A stretch of 64,000 nucleotides of DNA from Microthyrium microscopicum (Eukaryota), in assembly GCA_010405405.1 (NCBI GenBank), contig MU004240.1, positions 1,146,882 through 1,210,881 on the forward strand, written 5' to 3'. Below, piece by piece: positions 24,712 to 38,558 of the stretch; within the stretch, counting starts at the first letter, position 1, and each line of letters opens with the position of its first letter. The notes under the pieces are model-generated. The model worked only from the letters and a program-made list of their open reading frames with translations, had not been told where the DNA came from and searched no databases. The position numbers were made by a program, and so were the translations under genes.

Positions 24712-26972
24712 ATGGATATTGATTGCTCTCCACAGATCCGCACACTACCTACACAGACGCGCGCAAACGCTGCGTTTGTTGCCGGCGCGCACGATGCGAC
24801 GTCCTCTGAGCCGATAGACGATGCGGATAGTGATTCCTTGGAGGATTTAACTGATGAAGATGATGAAGACGATGTATCTGCACTTTCAGATATATCGTCT
24901 GAGGAGGAGTCGCGGAATGACAATCATGCGCCAACATCAGGCTATGTCCGATGTCCACCGTCAATAGAATCTCGAAGATTGGATCAGTCACTTGCGCCAA
25001 CTTGGACGGTAGTAGGTGAAAATAGCGTTCCAACAAGTCCCGGGACGATTAGATCAGTCAGAAGTTCGGATAATCTATCAGTAACCTCTTCGCGAAAGTC
25101 ACTTCCTATTAACCACCATTCAGGAACCCATAAGTAAGCGCTATATTTTATATTCACCTAAATAATGTCAATGCAAAAGATCACTAACGATCTGTGACTA
25201 GAATTCTCGGGCCCGTCGCTGTTAATAAAGGCCAACTTGTCTCGGTTCGAAGACGTACACCGTCCAAACCACCATTACCCAAAAAGCGCTCAAAATCAGA
25301 ATCCAATATTTTGACACCGAAGAGAGAGAAGTCAAAGCAAAAAGCAATGACATCGCCACCTCCAAGCATTCGTCGCAAGAGCACCAAAGATAAGGACGAA
25401 TCAAGCATGCGTCCCCCAAGCACACGAAGTATATCAGCCTTATTTGGCCGATCATCCCCAGGCAAACCATCCAACTCCAAGTCATCAAGCTCTAAACGTC
25501 CTATAAAAACGTAAGTCAATACTATAAAGGAAATTATCATTTCAAGGACGGCATTTCTTGGCGGTCAGAGCTTAAACTGATACTAATTGATATCAGTGTT
25601 ACATGTGTATCATGTCTAGAAGATGATATTCCTCACACAGAAGCCGCACATACGAAATGCAACCACCACATGTGCCGCTCTTGTGTCCATCGCCTCTTCG
25701 TTCTCTCAACTACAGATGTCTCCTTAATGCCGCCTCGATGCTGCGATTCCAACGAAATCGAGCCTCTCTATGTCCAACGACTCTTCGGCAAAACCTTTCT
25801 CGACAAGGCCCAAATGAAAGCCTGGAACTCCAAGTACGAAGAATCTAAAACCAAAAACCGCCTCTACTGCACCAACAAGGAATGCGGCGCGTGGATCCCT
25901 CCAGACCAAATCGAAAAGTCGGCATCCACCGGTCGCAAACGCGGTACTTGCAAGAAGTGCAAGACTCAGGTATGCAAAAAATGCTCTCGCAAATGGCACT
26001 ACTCTCGGGAGTGCGAGGTCGACGAGGACACAAAGAAAGTGCTCGCATTGGCTGAAGAAACTGCTGGCTGGCAACGCTGTTATCGGTAAGATTGCCTCCT
26101 GTCAAGCTACGATTCTTGTCTTTGGCATTCCCTACTAATAAAGTCTAGTTGCAAGGCCGTCGTTTCGCTGGATACTGGTTGCAATCATAGTAAGCTTTTA
26201 CCATAACGCAAGTTCTGAGATCAAACTAACTTCTATCTTTAGTGACATGTCGCTGCGGTAAGACCTCTCCGCGTTGGCGTTGGCAACACTATTTCGTAGT
26301 CTTACCTATACTAACAACTGTTCAGGCGCACAGTTCTGTATGCTATGCGGGCGAAAATGGCGGGACCCGCTATGCCAAGTCGAATGTCCACTGTTCTCCG
26401 TACCAGATGATCCAAATGGGCTTGCCGCATTTATCGTGGAGGACTTTGGCCCGTGGCGTCCGCAGGGCCGAAGGGGTGAAGATCCGCTTGCTAATGATTT
26501 GGAAGAACTTATTCAAGGACAGGCTAACCTCCTAGGGATGTGGAATAGAGGTAAGATTATCCCGTGCCAACTCACGTCTCTGGAAGATATTCGAAGAAAT
26601 CAAAAAGATCGTATCTCCCATCGCACTCGATGGCTACCATACGATGCGTTCCTAATAGAGTGCTATGGCTTCCACCGAATGCGATGGGTGTTCTACGATT
26701 GCAACTTGACGCTCCTATACTGACCAATTCCAGGCTTTGCGGGCCCTCCGCCACCGCCACCACCTCCACCGGAGTTTCCGCCGCGGCCAGTGGTAGCGGG
26801 GGAACCTGACATGAGACGAAGACGACGTGCACCCGTGGGAGACGCTGAGTTTGAGAGAGCCTTCGGGGGCATGCGCCTTGGACCACCTCTACCTCTTGCT
26901 CAACCCCAACGTCTTCCAAATGCTCCTCGTCGTTATGACAATGGTCATAACCAACAACAGCAGTATCGCTAG
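24712..26972 (+). CDS. RBR (RING1-IBR-RING2) E3 ubiquitin ligase, multi-exon
   Basis: After splicing: RING1 CVSC...CNHHMCRSC...PPRCC; IBR RLYCTNKECGAWI...CKKCKTQVCKKCSRKWH...C; RING2 WQRCYRC...GCNHMTCRCGAQFCMLCG. Pro-rich last exon ends at TAG 26972. Confidence 0.85.
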
Positions 26973-28645
26973 GCCTAGTAAGCTCATCATATGACTTGAC
27001 GAACTATGAATCAGCGCGGTTTAAGTGGTATTCGCTGAAACGATTTCATGAATCAACGGAAAGCCTGCACGCTCTGTTCAGCCTACTCTAGGACAAGTGC
27101 ATTTTTGCCGAAAGGATATGTCGCGAAATTCAATGTCCACTTCGCGCCGTAAAGGTTCTCTGCAGGTTCAGAGTATCCAAACGACGAGGATCGATTAGCA
27201 GCCGAACAGTTAATGTATCATAAATGTCAACAATTGAAAGATAATGAAATCTAATAGTCTCGAATTTGCTTTGTGCAAGAAAGAAAGCCCACAAGAATTG
27301 GCTGCTAGGATATCTTTCTAGGCATTACTTTTTCTCTCTTGGTGATAATTGATCAACAATGTTCTTGGGGTCTTTCCATCCCATCGCGATATACTTTGTG
27401 TGACTGCCTCTGGCAAAGATCTGACCCTTCTCGTTCATAAATTGTATCGAAGTATAAGCAAGCGTTTTGCCAACTGTTCTCTGTCAGCATTACAGTGAAT
27501 TTATGGAGTTCGAAGCGAACGAACACTTATCGCATGTCACTTCTGCGAGCACTTTATCGCCAATCTTTCCACCAGAGCTCAGATAAGTAACTAATATTGT
27601 TAGTACACGATGGTAATGACGCGATGGGGCATTGATACCATTCAGATCTGTTGACACCCCTGTTGTGTAAAGACCTTTCGATGCCACTGCTAGTGAGCCT
27701 CCAAGATCGACTGGAGAATGTCAAAATTTGTTGGGTTTCAACTCAAAAGTCATGTTTTACCCATGCTAGCGATAGTTCCTCCATGAAGTATATCAAGCCG
27801 ATTCTGGTGTATGTAAGTGATCTGCTTGCGGTTCATAAACCCAGAAATCTCACGGTGTGATCTTTCTCTACTTCAATTTCGAACTTTACTCGTCCTGGTA
27901 CAGCAGATGTAACACGGAGCTATTCGAATAGTAGTTAGTGTTCTGACTTTAATTCTGTGGGTATCACCAACATTGTTGAGTAATCTGAGATGGTAACGTT
28001 AATGTCATTTCCAAGTCTATAGAAAAGATTCATACCTAGGTTCTAGACCAGATTGTGTTCTGAATGATTCCCACACCTATAGATTAAGACATTAGGTCAG
28101 AATTGACTTGTTTGAGCACCAGAGAAAGTAAGGCATACTGAACGAACGAACTTGAGAGCAGGCATGATGGCAATACTATGCAATTGAACTTGATTCCGCT
28201 TGAATTTGAGCAATTGAGGTAGTTTTTGAGGTAAAGGATGCCCTTAGAGTTAATTGGAATCTAATCGAATCTCTAAAGACGAGCATCGATGGTGAGAATG
28301 ACCCTCCATAACTTCTGATTTCCGAATATAAGGTAAGGGGGGTCAAGAAGAGCACATGTATGGGGGCCACCGAAAAATGGAAAGGTGCATTTTGAGATCG
28401 ACGCTTGCCAAGCATTTGACATCAACATTTCATCCAGGAGGCCGCCCACCACTTCACCTCTTCACCTTTTCACCTTTTCACATTCTTTACCTTTGAGCTG
28501 CGCATCGCGTCTTTGCACTTTCCTTCTTTTCAAGAACTTGCCGCTGTTGAGCTCTGTGTCACTCACTCGGTGTCTTCATATCATGATTTATCGGTAGTCT
28601 TGCGCCCCCTCCAGGACTACTGTCCATCCCTTAAGCCTCATCGTC

Positions 28646-30193
28646 ATGTCTCTCTCAAGTGCTGTTCTTGATTACCTGCAGGCCCAGCCTGGAGTCACGT
28701 TCAAGCGACTCTATTTACAGCCTCCGACTGTCCTGGCTGTCTTGAGGCGCATGCTACCTCATTTAGGTACTGTAGTTCAACTGGCGGCCAAACCTTAGCT
28801 AATAATGATTAGCAAAGAACATCATTATGGCTATGCTATTCATGCCCGAACCATTCCTTGAAGAAGACTTACTCACTTGGATACGAGCCGAAGCTAGACC
28901 GTACGACATCCACCAGTGGTCCATCAACTCTTGCTGATTGGTGACAGACAACGCGACGAAGCTATGACAGTTCTTGAACAGCTTCATATACTTACATTAG
29001 TGCCCGAACCTCCTACACCTCGAGCATACCGTTTGAACACGGCCTTTGCTTCGTCGCTGCGTCAAGCTCTAATGGGAGGAGGATCTACGAACTCTTTTGG
29101 AGTCCCAGCTGATAAAGATGCGCCTGGGCCTAAGCGAACTGTAGAAGAATTGGATAAATGGGCGAGAAAACAATGGGAGGCTATACTCTATTACATGGTT
29201 GGAAGCGCAGAACGAGAATACAGCCGAGAAGGCAACATCTCATCAGGCACGAGAAAGCTCCTTGAGATGGGAGAGTTCATTATTATGCGAGGCGGCAGAG
29301 CAGACATTACCAAAGGCGGCTTTACCTTTCTCCTTCAGGAAGCTAATGCTCAAGTCTGGACGCTTCTAATTGTCTACCTCGAGAATTCCGAATCGGTTAG
29401 TTCAATCCATACCAAAAGCAAAGTCATTGAGAACCAATCTAAAGATATCGAACAGCTTCAAATGGATCCTGTGGAAATGCTCTCTTTCCTCTTCATGCTG
29501 GGCTCGCTTGAGCTGGGCCAAGACTACAACACCGAATCTCTCACAAAAACCCAATTTCATATGCTCGAAGACCTCCACGACTTTGGCATCGTTTACCATC
29601 CTCCAGATGCCCGGGGTCGTTTCTATCCTACACGCCTCGCCACAACACTCACCTCCTCCGATGCATCTCTCCTCAGCAATCCAAACTCATCCCTTTCCAT
29701 GAACTCTGGCAAGGGCTCCATAATTCTCGAAACTAATCACCGGATATACACATATACTTCATCACCGTTACAAATCGCAGTACTTGCGTTATTCGCCAAC
29801 CTCAATTCCTGCTATCCGAATCTAGTGTCCGGAAAGTTGACTAAAAAGTCGATTCAGAGGGCCGTGGAGAAGGGCATCACCGCAGACCAGATCATTGACT
29901 ACCTGCGAACGCATGCTCATCCGCAGATGCTGAAGAACCAGCCCGTCCTACCACCCACAGTCGTAGATCAAATTCGCCTATGGCAGATCGAAGGCGATCG
30001 TATGGAGGCGACGCCAGGATTTCTGCTCAAGCAATTTGTTAACGCAAACGAGTACCGGGAGACGGCACAGTATGCCGAGAACCTGGGTGTATTGGTTTGG
30101 CGTAATGATCGCGAACACATGTTCTTTGTCACGCGTATTGAGCAATTGCAGCAGTATCTGGCAAAGAGAAAGACTCAAGCGCCTAGAAGATAA
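28646..30193 (+). CDS. TFB2: TFIIH core subunit Tfb2/p52, three introns
   Basis: MSLSSAVLDYLQAQPGVTFKRLYLQPPTVLAVLRRMLPHL, WEAILYYMVG, ITKGGFTFLLQ, FYPTRLA, IILETNHRIY, GITADQII, LPPTVVDQIRLW. Confidence 0.95.
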
Positions 30194-30531
30194 GACCTGA
30201 GAGAGTGTACATGAATTTTGCTTTAGCTGCATTGTTGTTGGAGCAAAGGTTGGATATCAAGATATAACAGAGAAGACTGTTACGATGAAGAGAGCTGTGG
30301 CGTCTGAAAAGCCACGAGTTCATACATCAACAATTAGATTATGCATCATAATGCATCTAGTATAGACGCACTTGATCCCATAAGCTGATGATGCGATCAG
30401 CATAATATAATGTCTTGGTCACTCAACTCTGAAGTAATTGATATATGTCTGTAATCTTCACTTTCCCCATGCACGCCAAGAGCCATTTCGCTTTCACTAT
30501 CTATTTGCGTGCTTTTCAAGCCAAACGTCTG

Positions 30532-32186
30532 TTACCCTAGAACAGTCGGGGGCCGAAATTCCTTCACCCAATGCACAGTCTTCTCTATAGCCTTCGCGCG
30601 AACCTCCACACAAGCAGGCATCCGATCACACTCTGGCTGCAAATCAACAGCATGATGTCCACCCGGAATCACCAACGCCGGCCGGTCCTCCGTACTCTTC
30701 AACGCTCCACCAGGTCTCAGCGGCGACAATGGAGTCATATGGAACCACGGGTCATGATCACCACTAATATAAAGCAATCTCGTCGAATTACGATCACTCC
30801 AACCACCAGTAAACGCATTTAGTTCATCCCACGATGCGTGACTCTGAGCCATCTTCTCTGGGAAGTGCATCTTGCACTGATGAACCATATATTCATCACT
30901 GACAAAGCGTGAGATGATGGAACCGTTGCGATTGGCTGGAGCCACAGGATCGAAGCCGCTGGGCCAGATGCATTGCCACCATCTGTAGGCACGCGTGTCG
31001 GAGCTGGGCGAGGGGCCTCTTTGGTTGAGTTGCTGGCCGGTGTAGATTGGGTTTCTGGAGTTGTATGTTTGTAGTGTTATGATTAAGGGGCTTCCTTCCC
31101 AGGTGAATCTGGATATCGATGCGTAGGCTGCTAGTGCTTTGGCTAGGCCGACTCCTTCTGGGCCGGGGAGTTGAGGCCTGGCAGGCTTGGTGTCGGCGGG
31201 TCTGTTCTTGGCGACATTGCTTTGGGCTGGTATGCCATGTACACCTTCGATGATGTCGCAGAAGGCGAAGAACTCGCTCAGATCTCGACCGGATTGGAAA
31301 TCTGGGATGGCTCGAAACACAGCGCTGTGAGTATGTATTAGCAACGATTTGAGTCATGGAGAATATTATCTTACGCTGCGAAATCATCATAGTGAGTGAG
31401 CAGGCTCAGTCCAAACGACTTTTTAAGCTCCTGCTTCTCCAGTTCAGTACCACTCGTCCCGATCCTATCAATCTCCGCGACTACCTTCGCCACATCGTTG
31501 CTACAATTCCGCGGCATTCCATGCTCGATAATCGGCAATGTATAAGTCGAACTACTCATCCCCTGAGACGTTGCCGACGAAGCCCAGTAACTCCAGAACG
31601 TGCCAGGCGAAACCTTCTCCGTCCAAGCAGCAATAGCACCCGGTAACGAGCCACCAATAAACACCCAAGGCGCCTTCGTAGCCACGCTACTGCCATTGGG
31701 ATCGAAAGCAAGAACAGCATTGCGAGCAAAGTACACATTATCCGCAACAGAGTTTTGCGGCGTGTTGAATCTCATATTCGCATCCGAAAGATTAGACACA
31801 GGAACCGACTGTCCAAAATAGCGATGCTCAAGCAAGACTATCGCAGCACCAAGCTTCTCCGCTAGAATTTTCACTGCGCCTTTCTGGAGATATGCAGCGA
31901 GCTCTTTCTTGTTGGAGAGATTGTTGACCACGGTCCAGATGGGCTCTTCTCCAGTTGTGCTGAATATCACCGGTGATCCAGGGCCTTTCCATTTTGTGGC
32001 ATCGTAGAAGTAGCGCTCGGAGAATTTGCCTGACTTTGGATCACTGTGATCGATAAGTTGCTGAAATGTGCCACTTCCTATAAGTCCTGGTGCAGCTAAG
32101 AGCGTCGACTCTTCTATGGAATTGTCGATTGCTGTCACAGACCAGCAGAAGACCGCGGCAAAGGCCTGGCACAACAAGACCTTCAT
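30532..32186 (-). CDS. Secreted serine peptidase, family S28; intron about 31327-31373
   Basis: Signal peptide, FQQLIDH, LEHRYFGQS, PWVFIGGSLPGAIAAW (nucleophile Ser), WWQC, GDHDPW (Asp) and GGHHAVD (His). Confidence 0.88.
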
Positions 32187-32984
32187 GCTTTACAGTCTGT
32201 TATATTAGTCTGCATCATGTCTCTCAGACTGCCGTGAACGGCGCGATGGAGGTTGCTTTGCAGTAGCTACCATGGCGTTTTGGCAATAATATAGAGCATC
32301 GGTTGATAAAGGTATATTTTACACCAATCCGCTTTGACCTAATTAACGCTTGGGGATGTGTTGAAGTAGCTGGGTCAATAATAGAGCACCTATAGGGCGA
32401 GGTCAATGTCAATCTAAACTCACTCTACATCCAGTCTAAGCTGTAATTTCAGGGGTATAAGGAACATAAGCCACAGCTTCATCAAATTCTTTATGGTGCT
32501 TCTTGCTCCCGACTTTCAGACGAGATCTAATCCACAGGTAAGTATGAGCGAACTTAATCAAGAAACTTTTGCGTTTGACGGTCGCTAAACCTGAGCTATA
32601 CATTTCCGTATATGTAACAGACAGCCAAAACGAATGGGATCCGTAATCCAATGGCCTAAGGGGGTTTGGGTTATATACAAGACTTCTGGACTCTAGCCTA
32701 CCTTTGGGCATAGGGGTGGCATGATTGTGGGTAAATAAGCGTTCTATCGTTCCAGCCATTCTACAGAGTCCTCTTCGTTCGTTCGTTCCTCAACCACAAT
32801 TCCCAGAGTGTCAACAGTTGGACCGAATCTCTTTTAGCTCATCCTTGAGCGCCACGACGGCTCTCAATGGCGGCTACATGTGAGAGTTGGCAAATCCTTC
32901 ATTCTGCAGTTCGCAGTGCAACTGGTATCAAAGACTTCAGTGGCGATGGCAGGCAGCACGTCGTGATTGCACGTTTTTCCATTC

Positions 32985-35900
32985 CTATGGTTGCGTAATC
33001 ACAGGCGTGTGTTGTCCGTTAGCCACAGCTGGGTCTTGTTGCTGCTGCTGTTGCTGTTGTTGTAACTGTAGTGCGATGTTGTCTGCTTGGTTGATCACTC
33101 CTTGAATAATCGCCTGCTCTTCCCCGCTCAAGACTTTTGTCAAGGACTCGTACAATGGTGGCTGTGTTTGTTGCAAGGCTAAGCTACTTGTTAGATTCTG
33201 TTGAACGCGTGCGTGGGAATACATACTGAAAAGTGCACTCTTGAACATGCCATAGGGCTCAAGCTTGTCGATTGCCGTATCGAGGAGGTTGTCCTCCTCG
33301 AGCTCATCCTCATCATCGTAGTTGTTATTGGAATACTTTCGAGCCTAGAATTCTTGTTAGTCCAGGATGACGAAGACTTTGAAGAATAACATACCTCTTC
33401 GGTCAAGAATTCAAGATAAGTTGAATTCTCGTCCCGGACGTCTTCGGTTTCTTCAGCTTCGGCTTCCCAGTTCTCGTTGGCTGTCCAGTTCTCATCTTCT
33501 TCTTCATCAATGTCATTGCTAACGTCATAGTTTTCTTCTTTAACGACTTCTTCACGATCTGCTTATAATGTTAGTATTGGCTTTGATATGCTGATGGGTC
33601 ACTCACTCTTGACAGCTGCAGGAAGAGTTTGGAAGAGGCGAACGACGCCGGTAAGCAGTCTCGGCCAGCCCTGTTGCACGCTGATAGGTATTTCATGCGC
33701 CTGGAGGGTAAGAAGCTGAATGATAGCCCCGATGGCCAACTTCTTATCATGCACGCGAGTGAACGAATCAATATTGGAGAACCACTGGCTAAAGAACTTG
33801 TTGGTAAGTCCATTGACTTCCAGAACGTGCAGAGCGAGTCGCGGATTGTAGTAAATGGCGTTAATGACAACCTCCATGAGATACATCCGGTAGCTTTTGA
33901 CTTTTGGCTCGTCGCTGTTAAGATGAAACATCGACAGCTGAATGAGTTCTGGAATGTACTCGTCAATGTGGCCATGGAGTGCCAGCATCACCACCTCAGC
34001 CAGCTTGCATCCACAGATGCGCTCCACTCCTCCTACGACCTTGTCATCCTTGAAAATTGTACGCACAATATCCATGACTGCTTCGAGATGAACCTTGTTG
34101 GCGAGTAGATTTGGTATTCCGTAGTTGACGAAATTTTCCAAGGCAGGAAGCATGTCTTCAAGATAGAGCTCGGCACCAGCCTTGAAAGTTTGATAGATTT
34201 GCTCAAAAGCGTGCCACATTGTTGGAGAAATGGCTTTGGCAGCAAAAGTGCAGCTATCGATGATTTCAAAAACTTCGTTGAATAGATCAAATAACTTGTG
34301 TTGAAGAGTGATTTCGATGACGGGCATCAAGATCGTTTCCATATGAAGCAAGACATCGGGTGTGCTCTCCAAAGTGAGAATGAGAGTACCGATAGTCTGG
34401 AGAACGCCGAGAGCTGTGATGGATTTTTCATCCAAATAGTCACCATATTCGTCATCGCCCTCGTTTTGGTTATTCTTTTCAATGACATCTCTAACGAGCC
34501 GAAGATATGTGTCCCGTAACTGCTCACTAAGCGCAACGGCAAACGGTGTGAGTTCTGTTGCGAACACTTCGACGAACTCTTCCATGACATTGGCAAGTGC
34601 ATCAACGTCCACTTCATTTGTCAATTTGAGAAGTTGCTGCATGATCTGAGGAATGTTGGTTTGCATAGCAGTACGAATAGAATCATGTCGGATCAAGGGC
34701 TGTAAAGCAATTGCAGCATCAACACGAACAGGAAGCTCTGTATCTGCCATCGACGCGAGAATGTTGCGGTAGATTGTGAATAGATTATTCTCGTCCGTCC
34801 AGTCCAGTCTCTCATACTTTTCAATGACGTCGCATGCTCGAGCACGAAGAAATCCATGAGGGCTTCTAAATTCGGGGAATACGTGCTTGACGAAGAAAAG
34901 CTCGACCTGGCCAGCGAACGGACTCTTCTTTCCGAGTATGACTGGAGCCAGAGTTCCTATCATTCTCAGACCGCCTTCCTTTTCTCGTGGGTTCTTTTGT
35001 TCTTCCGGTGCTTCTTCGTATACTGTGACCAAATCGTTCACAAACTTGAGAACTCCATATGTTTGGCTCTTTCGTGCCTTGGTAAGTGTGCACAAAAAGC
35101 TTGTTGCTGCAATATCTGGAGATGATATCTCGTCGTAGTAGCTCAGCTTCCGGTGAATATACTCCGAAGGGTCGTCCGTGAACAGTTCCAATTCTTCGTC
35201 GGATTGACAAAGCACTGGAAATAACAGATGGGCTATCAAATTTGGCATATGCGGTTTTAGATGGTCCCAGGTCACTTTGGGTTTGACGCACTCTTCCAAG
35301 AATTGCAGTGTATATGATAGAGCGCCCCGACTGAGCCAGGTAGTCTTGGCCACCCATTTTTCGATTTGCGCCAGATATATCTTTTGAATTTCGGGTGCAA
35401 AATTGTTAATGAATGATTTGGCAACTTCAGTGTAGTCCTCGCCGTTGGTGGGCTTGGTCAGCGTCGTGGGATTTCCGTATCTAATATTGACCATTATTAA
35501 TTATGCGATTAAGATTCGAAGCTTTCATACCGTGTGAAGAGTCGATTCAAATTGGCATAAGCCCATTTCTTAGCCTTCCACCAATGATTCTTCTCCCGTT
35601 CATCAACGTCCTCAGGGAGGGCACTCGGAGGCGGATCTTTCGAGACAGTGTTGAGGAACAATGTGCACCATCCAACCATAGTTTCGTGTTCTCTTAATGC
35701 GACAGGTAATTCGAACTAGATTTGTTAGATGGTATCCGTAACATATTGGTGTACCTACGTATATGGCATGTTTGTATGCCTTGAGTAGCGCTCGAAGCAT
35801 TTCTCCTGCCTCAATACTCGTTTCATTCAGTAACCCGTTACCAATATTGAGCAAGAGGGGAAATGTGACCGAAACAACTTTGTCAAAATCTTGGCGACTT

Positions 35901-36497
35901 TCTGCTGCTTTGAATCTGTAAACACGACATATTGTGAGCAAACATTGCACGCCGGCGAAGACCGAATTCGCGTCATTTGTTTGGAGGAGTTGGATTGTCA
36001 TATCCAGGAATTCGGGCCATTTCGCAGGAAAATCGTGCGCGAGGATTTTTTGGACCGTGGGAATGAGTTGTGCGCGGATAGGAGGAGGTGCAGTAGCCAA
36101 CAGAGGGACTATTCTGCTTCTGCAAGCTGGTTTCTCCTCTTCGGGTATTGCAGAAGCAAATGTATGGTCGTCGGCGGGAGACCAGCCTTTTGTGATGCGG
36201 TTTTTAAGGTATACGACAGCTGCGAGGAAAGGAACACTTGTTAGCGAGAGGTTGCATGATCAAAACTGGAAAGTAAGCTTACTTGAAAGTCGGACTCCTT
36301 GATCCTGTTCAACGTCGAGGATTTCCATCAAGGCATTGATGAAGCCTGGTTGCTCCTCGGCCTAGATAGATAATTAAGCAAATGCGCAAAGAACCTAGCA
36401 ACGTTCAACCTACATGCTTCAAGTCCAATTCTGCCTGGCGACGATTGTCGGCATTAGGATCAAGGGTCGCCGCGATCCTATCTCTCAAGGTAGACAT
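32985..36497 (-). CDS. NMD5: Importin-7/8-type karyopherin, multi-exon
   Basis: MSTLRDRIAATLDPNADNRRQAELDLK, AVVYLKNRI, HDFPAKWP, HWWKAKKW, HGFLRARAC, FTRVHDKKL, acidic tail followed by poly-Gln. Confidence 0.9.
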
Positions 36498-37386
36498 GAT
36501 TCGAAAAGGCCCACAGCGGGAGCAAGGAGGTCAAAATGTGATGCTCTACGACTCGCTCAGGCCTCGCGGGACGCAACGACAGATTTGCAAGTGGGAGCCT
36601 GCGTAAAGGTCTCGGACTGTATCCAAAGACTAGGCGGATATAGGCGCGGGTAGAGGTAGGTGAAAAGTAGAATGGAGTATGTTTATTGGGATGCAGAGCG
36701 AGGTAAGGTTGTGGTGAGAAAGAAGCTAGGTAGAGGCAGGAGCAACCGTTGGTGAGACGAAAGAGGGTTGTCCGTGCCACTCAAAGGCTGCCCTCTTAGG
36801 CTCTTCCAGATCTGTTCTGCTCCAGTATCTACCCATTCAACCACGACTCAATCTCTTCTTCTTTGCTTTATCCTGGAATCCCTTGAGTTGTTCCTATTAT
36901 TCAAGGTTTTCGCGCGTCGCTGGCATTGTCATTGGCCTAGCCATCCACTATGAACAGTATCTACAACATGGCTTCACATGCGCCCGTTCTGCACAATCGA
37001 GAACGCGTCTTTACAAGCTAGCTCCCCCTATGGCTCTTCTTCCGCGAACATGTTCTCTATATTACGCTGACTTGGCCGGCATTCGCTCGTTCTATACATG
37101 ACCATGACAATATGGTTCATGGGACGACCACAACAACATCTACGAGTAAACCTCGCAGCAACAACCCCCGAGACCCCCTAAACACTTGAAACCCCAATTC
37201 AATCCACCGATCAAAGCCTAATCCATTCTTGTTCTCTATAGCCCTGAAGAATCCTCAATGGCCAACATCGATGTCGATATTACCTGCAGTATCGTTAAGT
37301 CGAACCCTCGATCACAGCAGGGCCAACCCCTGATGTGCCACCAATGTAGCGTGCCTCGATCATCGATGAAGCCACGAGGGCACAGG

Positions 37387-37422
<36 letters not shown>
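37387..37422. repeat. Hexanucleotide microsatellite (ACAGGC)x6
   Basis: Six perfect copies read directly. Confidence 0.92.
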
Positions 37423-37425
<3 letters not shown>

Positions 37426-38558
37426 TCAAATTTATATCTCACCATCCACCAGTCCCTTGAACAATGTCTGAGTCTGACACCGAAATGGCAGACGCCGTCC
37501 AACCCATATCGCCGTCTGAGCTATTGCGCAAAGAAAGTGACGAGCAACCCACCACCAATGGCCCACAGGCCGGCTTTGGCGGGGTCGCTACTTAAACAAG
37601 AAAAAATCATCTCCCCCATGTTTCTTGGCAGGGTTTGGTACTAGCGTTGCTGCATTAGGATTCTGATATCGTGCAATTGGCTGACTGTTTACTCACTTTC
37701 TTTAGACATCTTGCCAATCATTTTTATTATTATTTGTTTGGCTGGATCTTAAATTGAAGGGAATAGGTATTCTCTTCGTCATCAGATCGCGACTCTTCAG
37801 GCTTCCAAGTCTTACTACTGATAGGCGAAATTGTGCAAGTCAACAACGTCGACTAGCGTGGCATCGGGCATTTAGACATGCAGGAGTATTCTAGCTTCCT
37901 ATCCTCTAATTCGCAGAAGATGAGCCAGTACATTAATATGTCTTGAACGAAGTGGCCAGGAACCGAAATTCAGCTCGAAATTTTGATCACCAGATGATGG
38001 GACATGTCCGAATGTGGGACTCGAAGTCCATCTGCTAGAAGGAAGGTAATTCTCCAAGATCATTCTTGTTATGTTAGAATAGCAGCTCCGACGTAACTCC
38101 TACCAGTCTTGCAAGTTACAAGCTCACACGGAGAGAACAAACATTACATAGAATACTATAAGTCTGCGCGTTCCTAGCACTCAACAGCATGGCAAAATAA
38201 ATGGCGTTCTCCCATCAACTCTGATGGCTACCACTAGCGCTGCTAACTAAAAGGTGCTTTAAGTCCTACCGTATCTAATAAATATTCCTAAGCCGAACGC
38301 TCTTTATGGCAAGTAAAGTACTCGATAACAGACCGTAGCGTTTAGGCGCTATCAGAGTTAATAGGAGTACGCCATTTATTTTGCCATGCCGTTGGCACTT
38401 TCATTGTCCTTACTGATTGATGTTGACATCAGGCTGAATCTCGAGCTAAAAGCGGCCCGATCGGCCCGGCGTTCACGATATTTGGATATATGATCATGCA
38501 GATCTTCACGATAGCAACCACATTTACCCATCAATTCCAGTGATTCCTTCTCCGATTG

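Noticed and set aside
27000..28400. AT-richer spacer as a possible RIP-degraded transposon
   Set aside because: No terminal repeats, transposase or RT remnants, or clear TpA excess visible.
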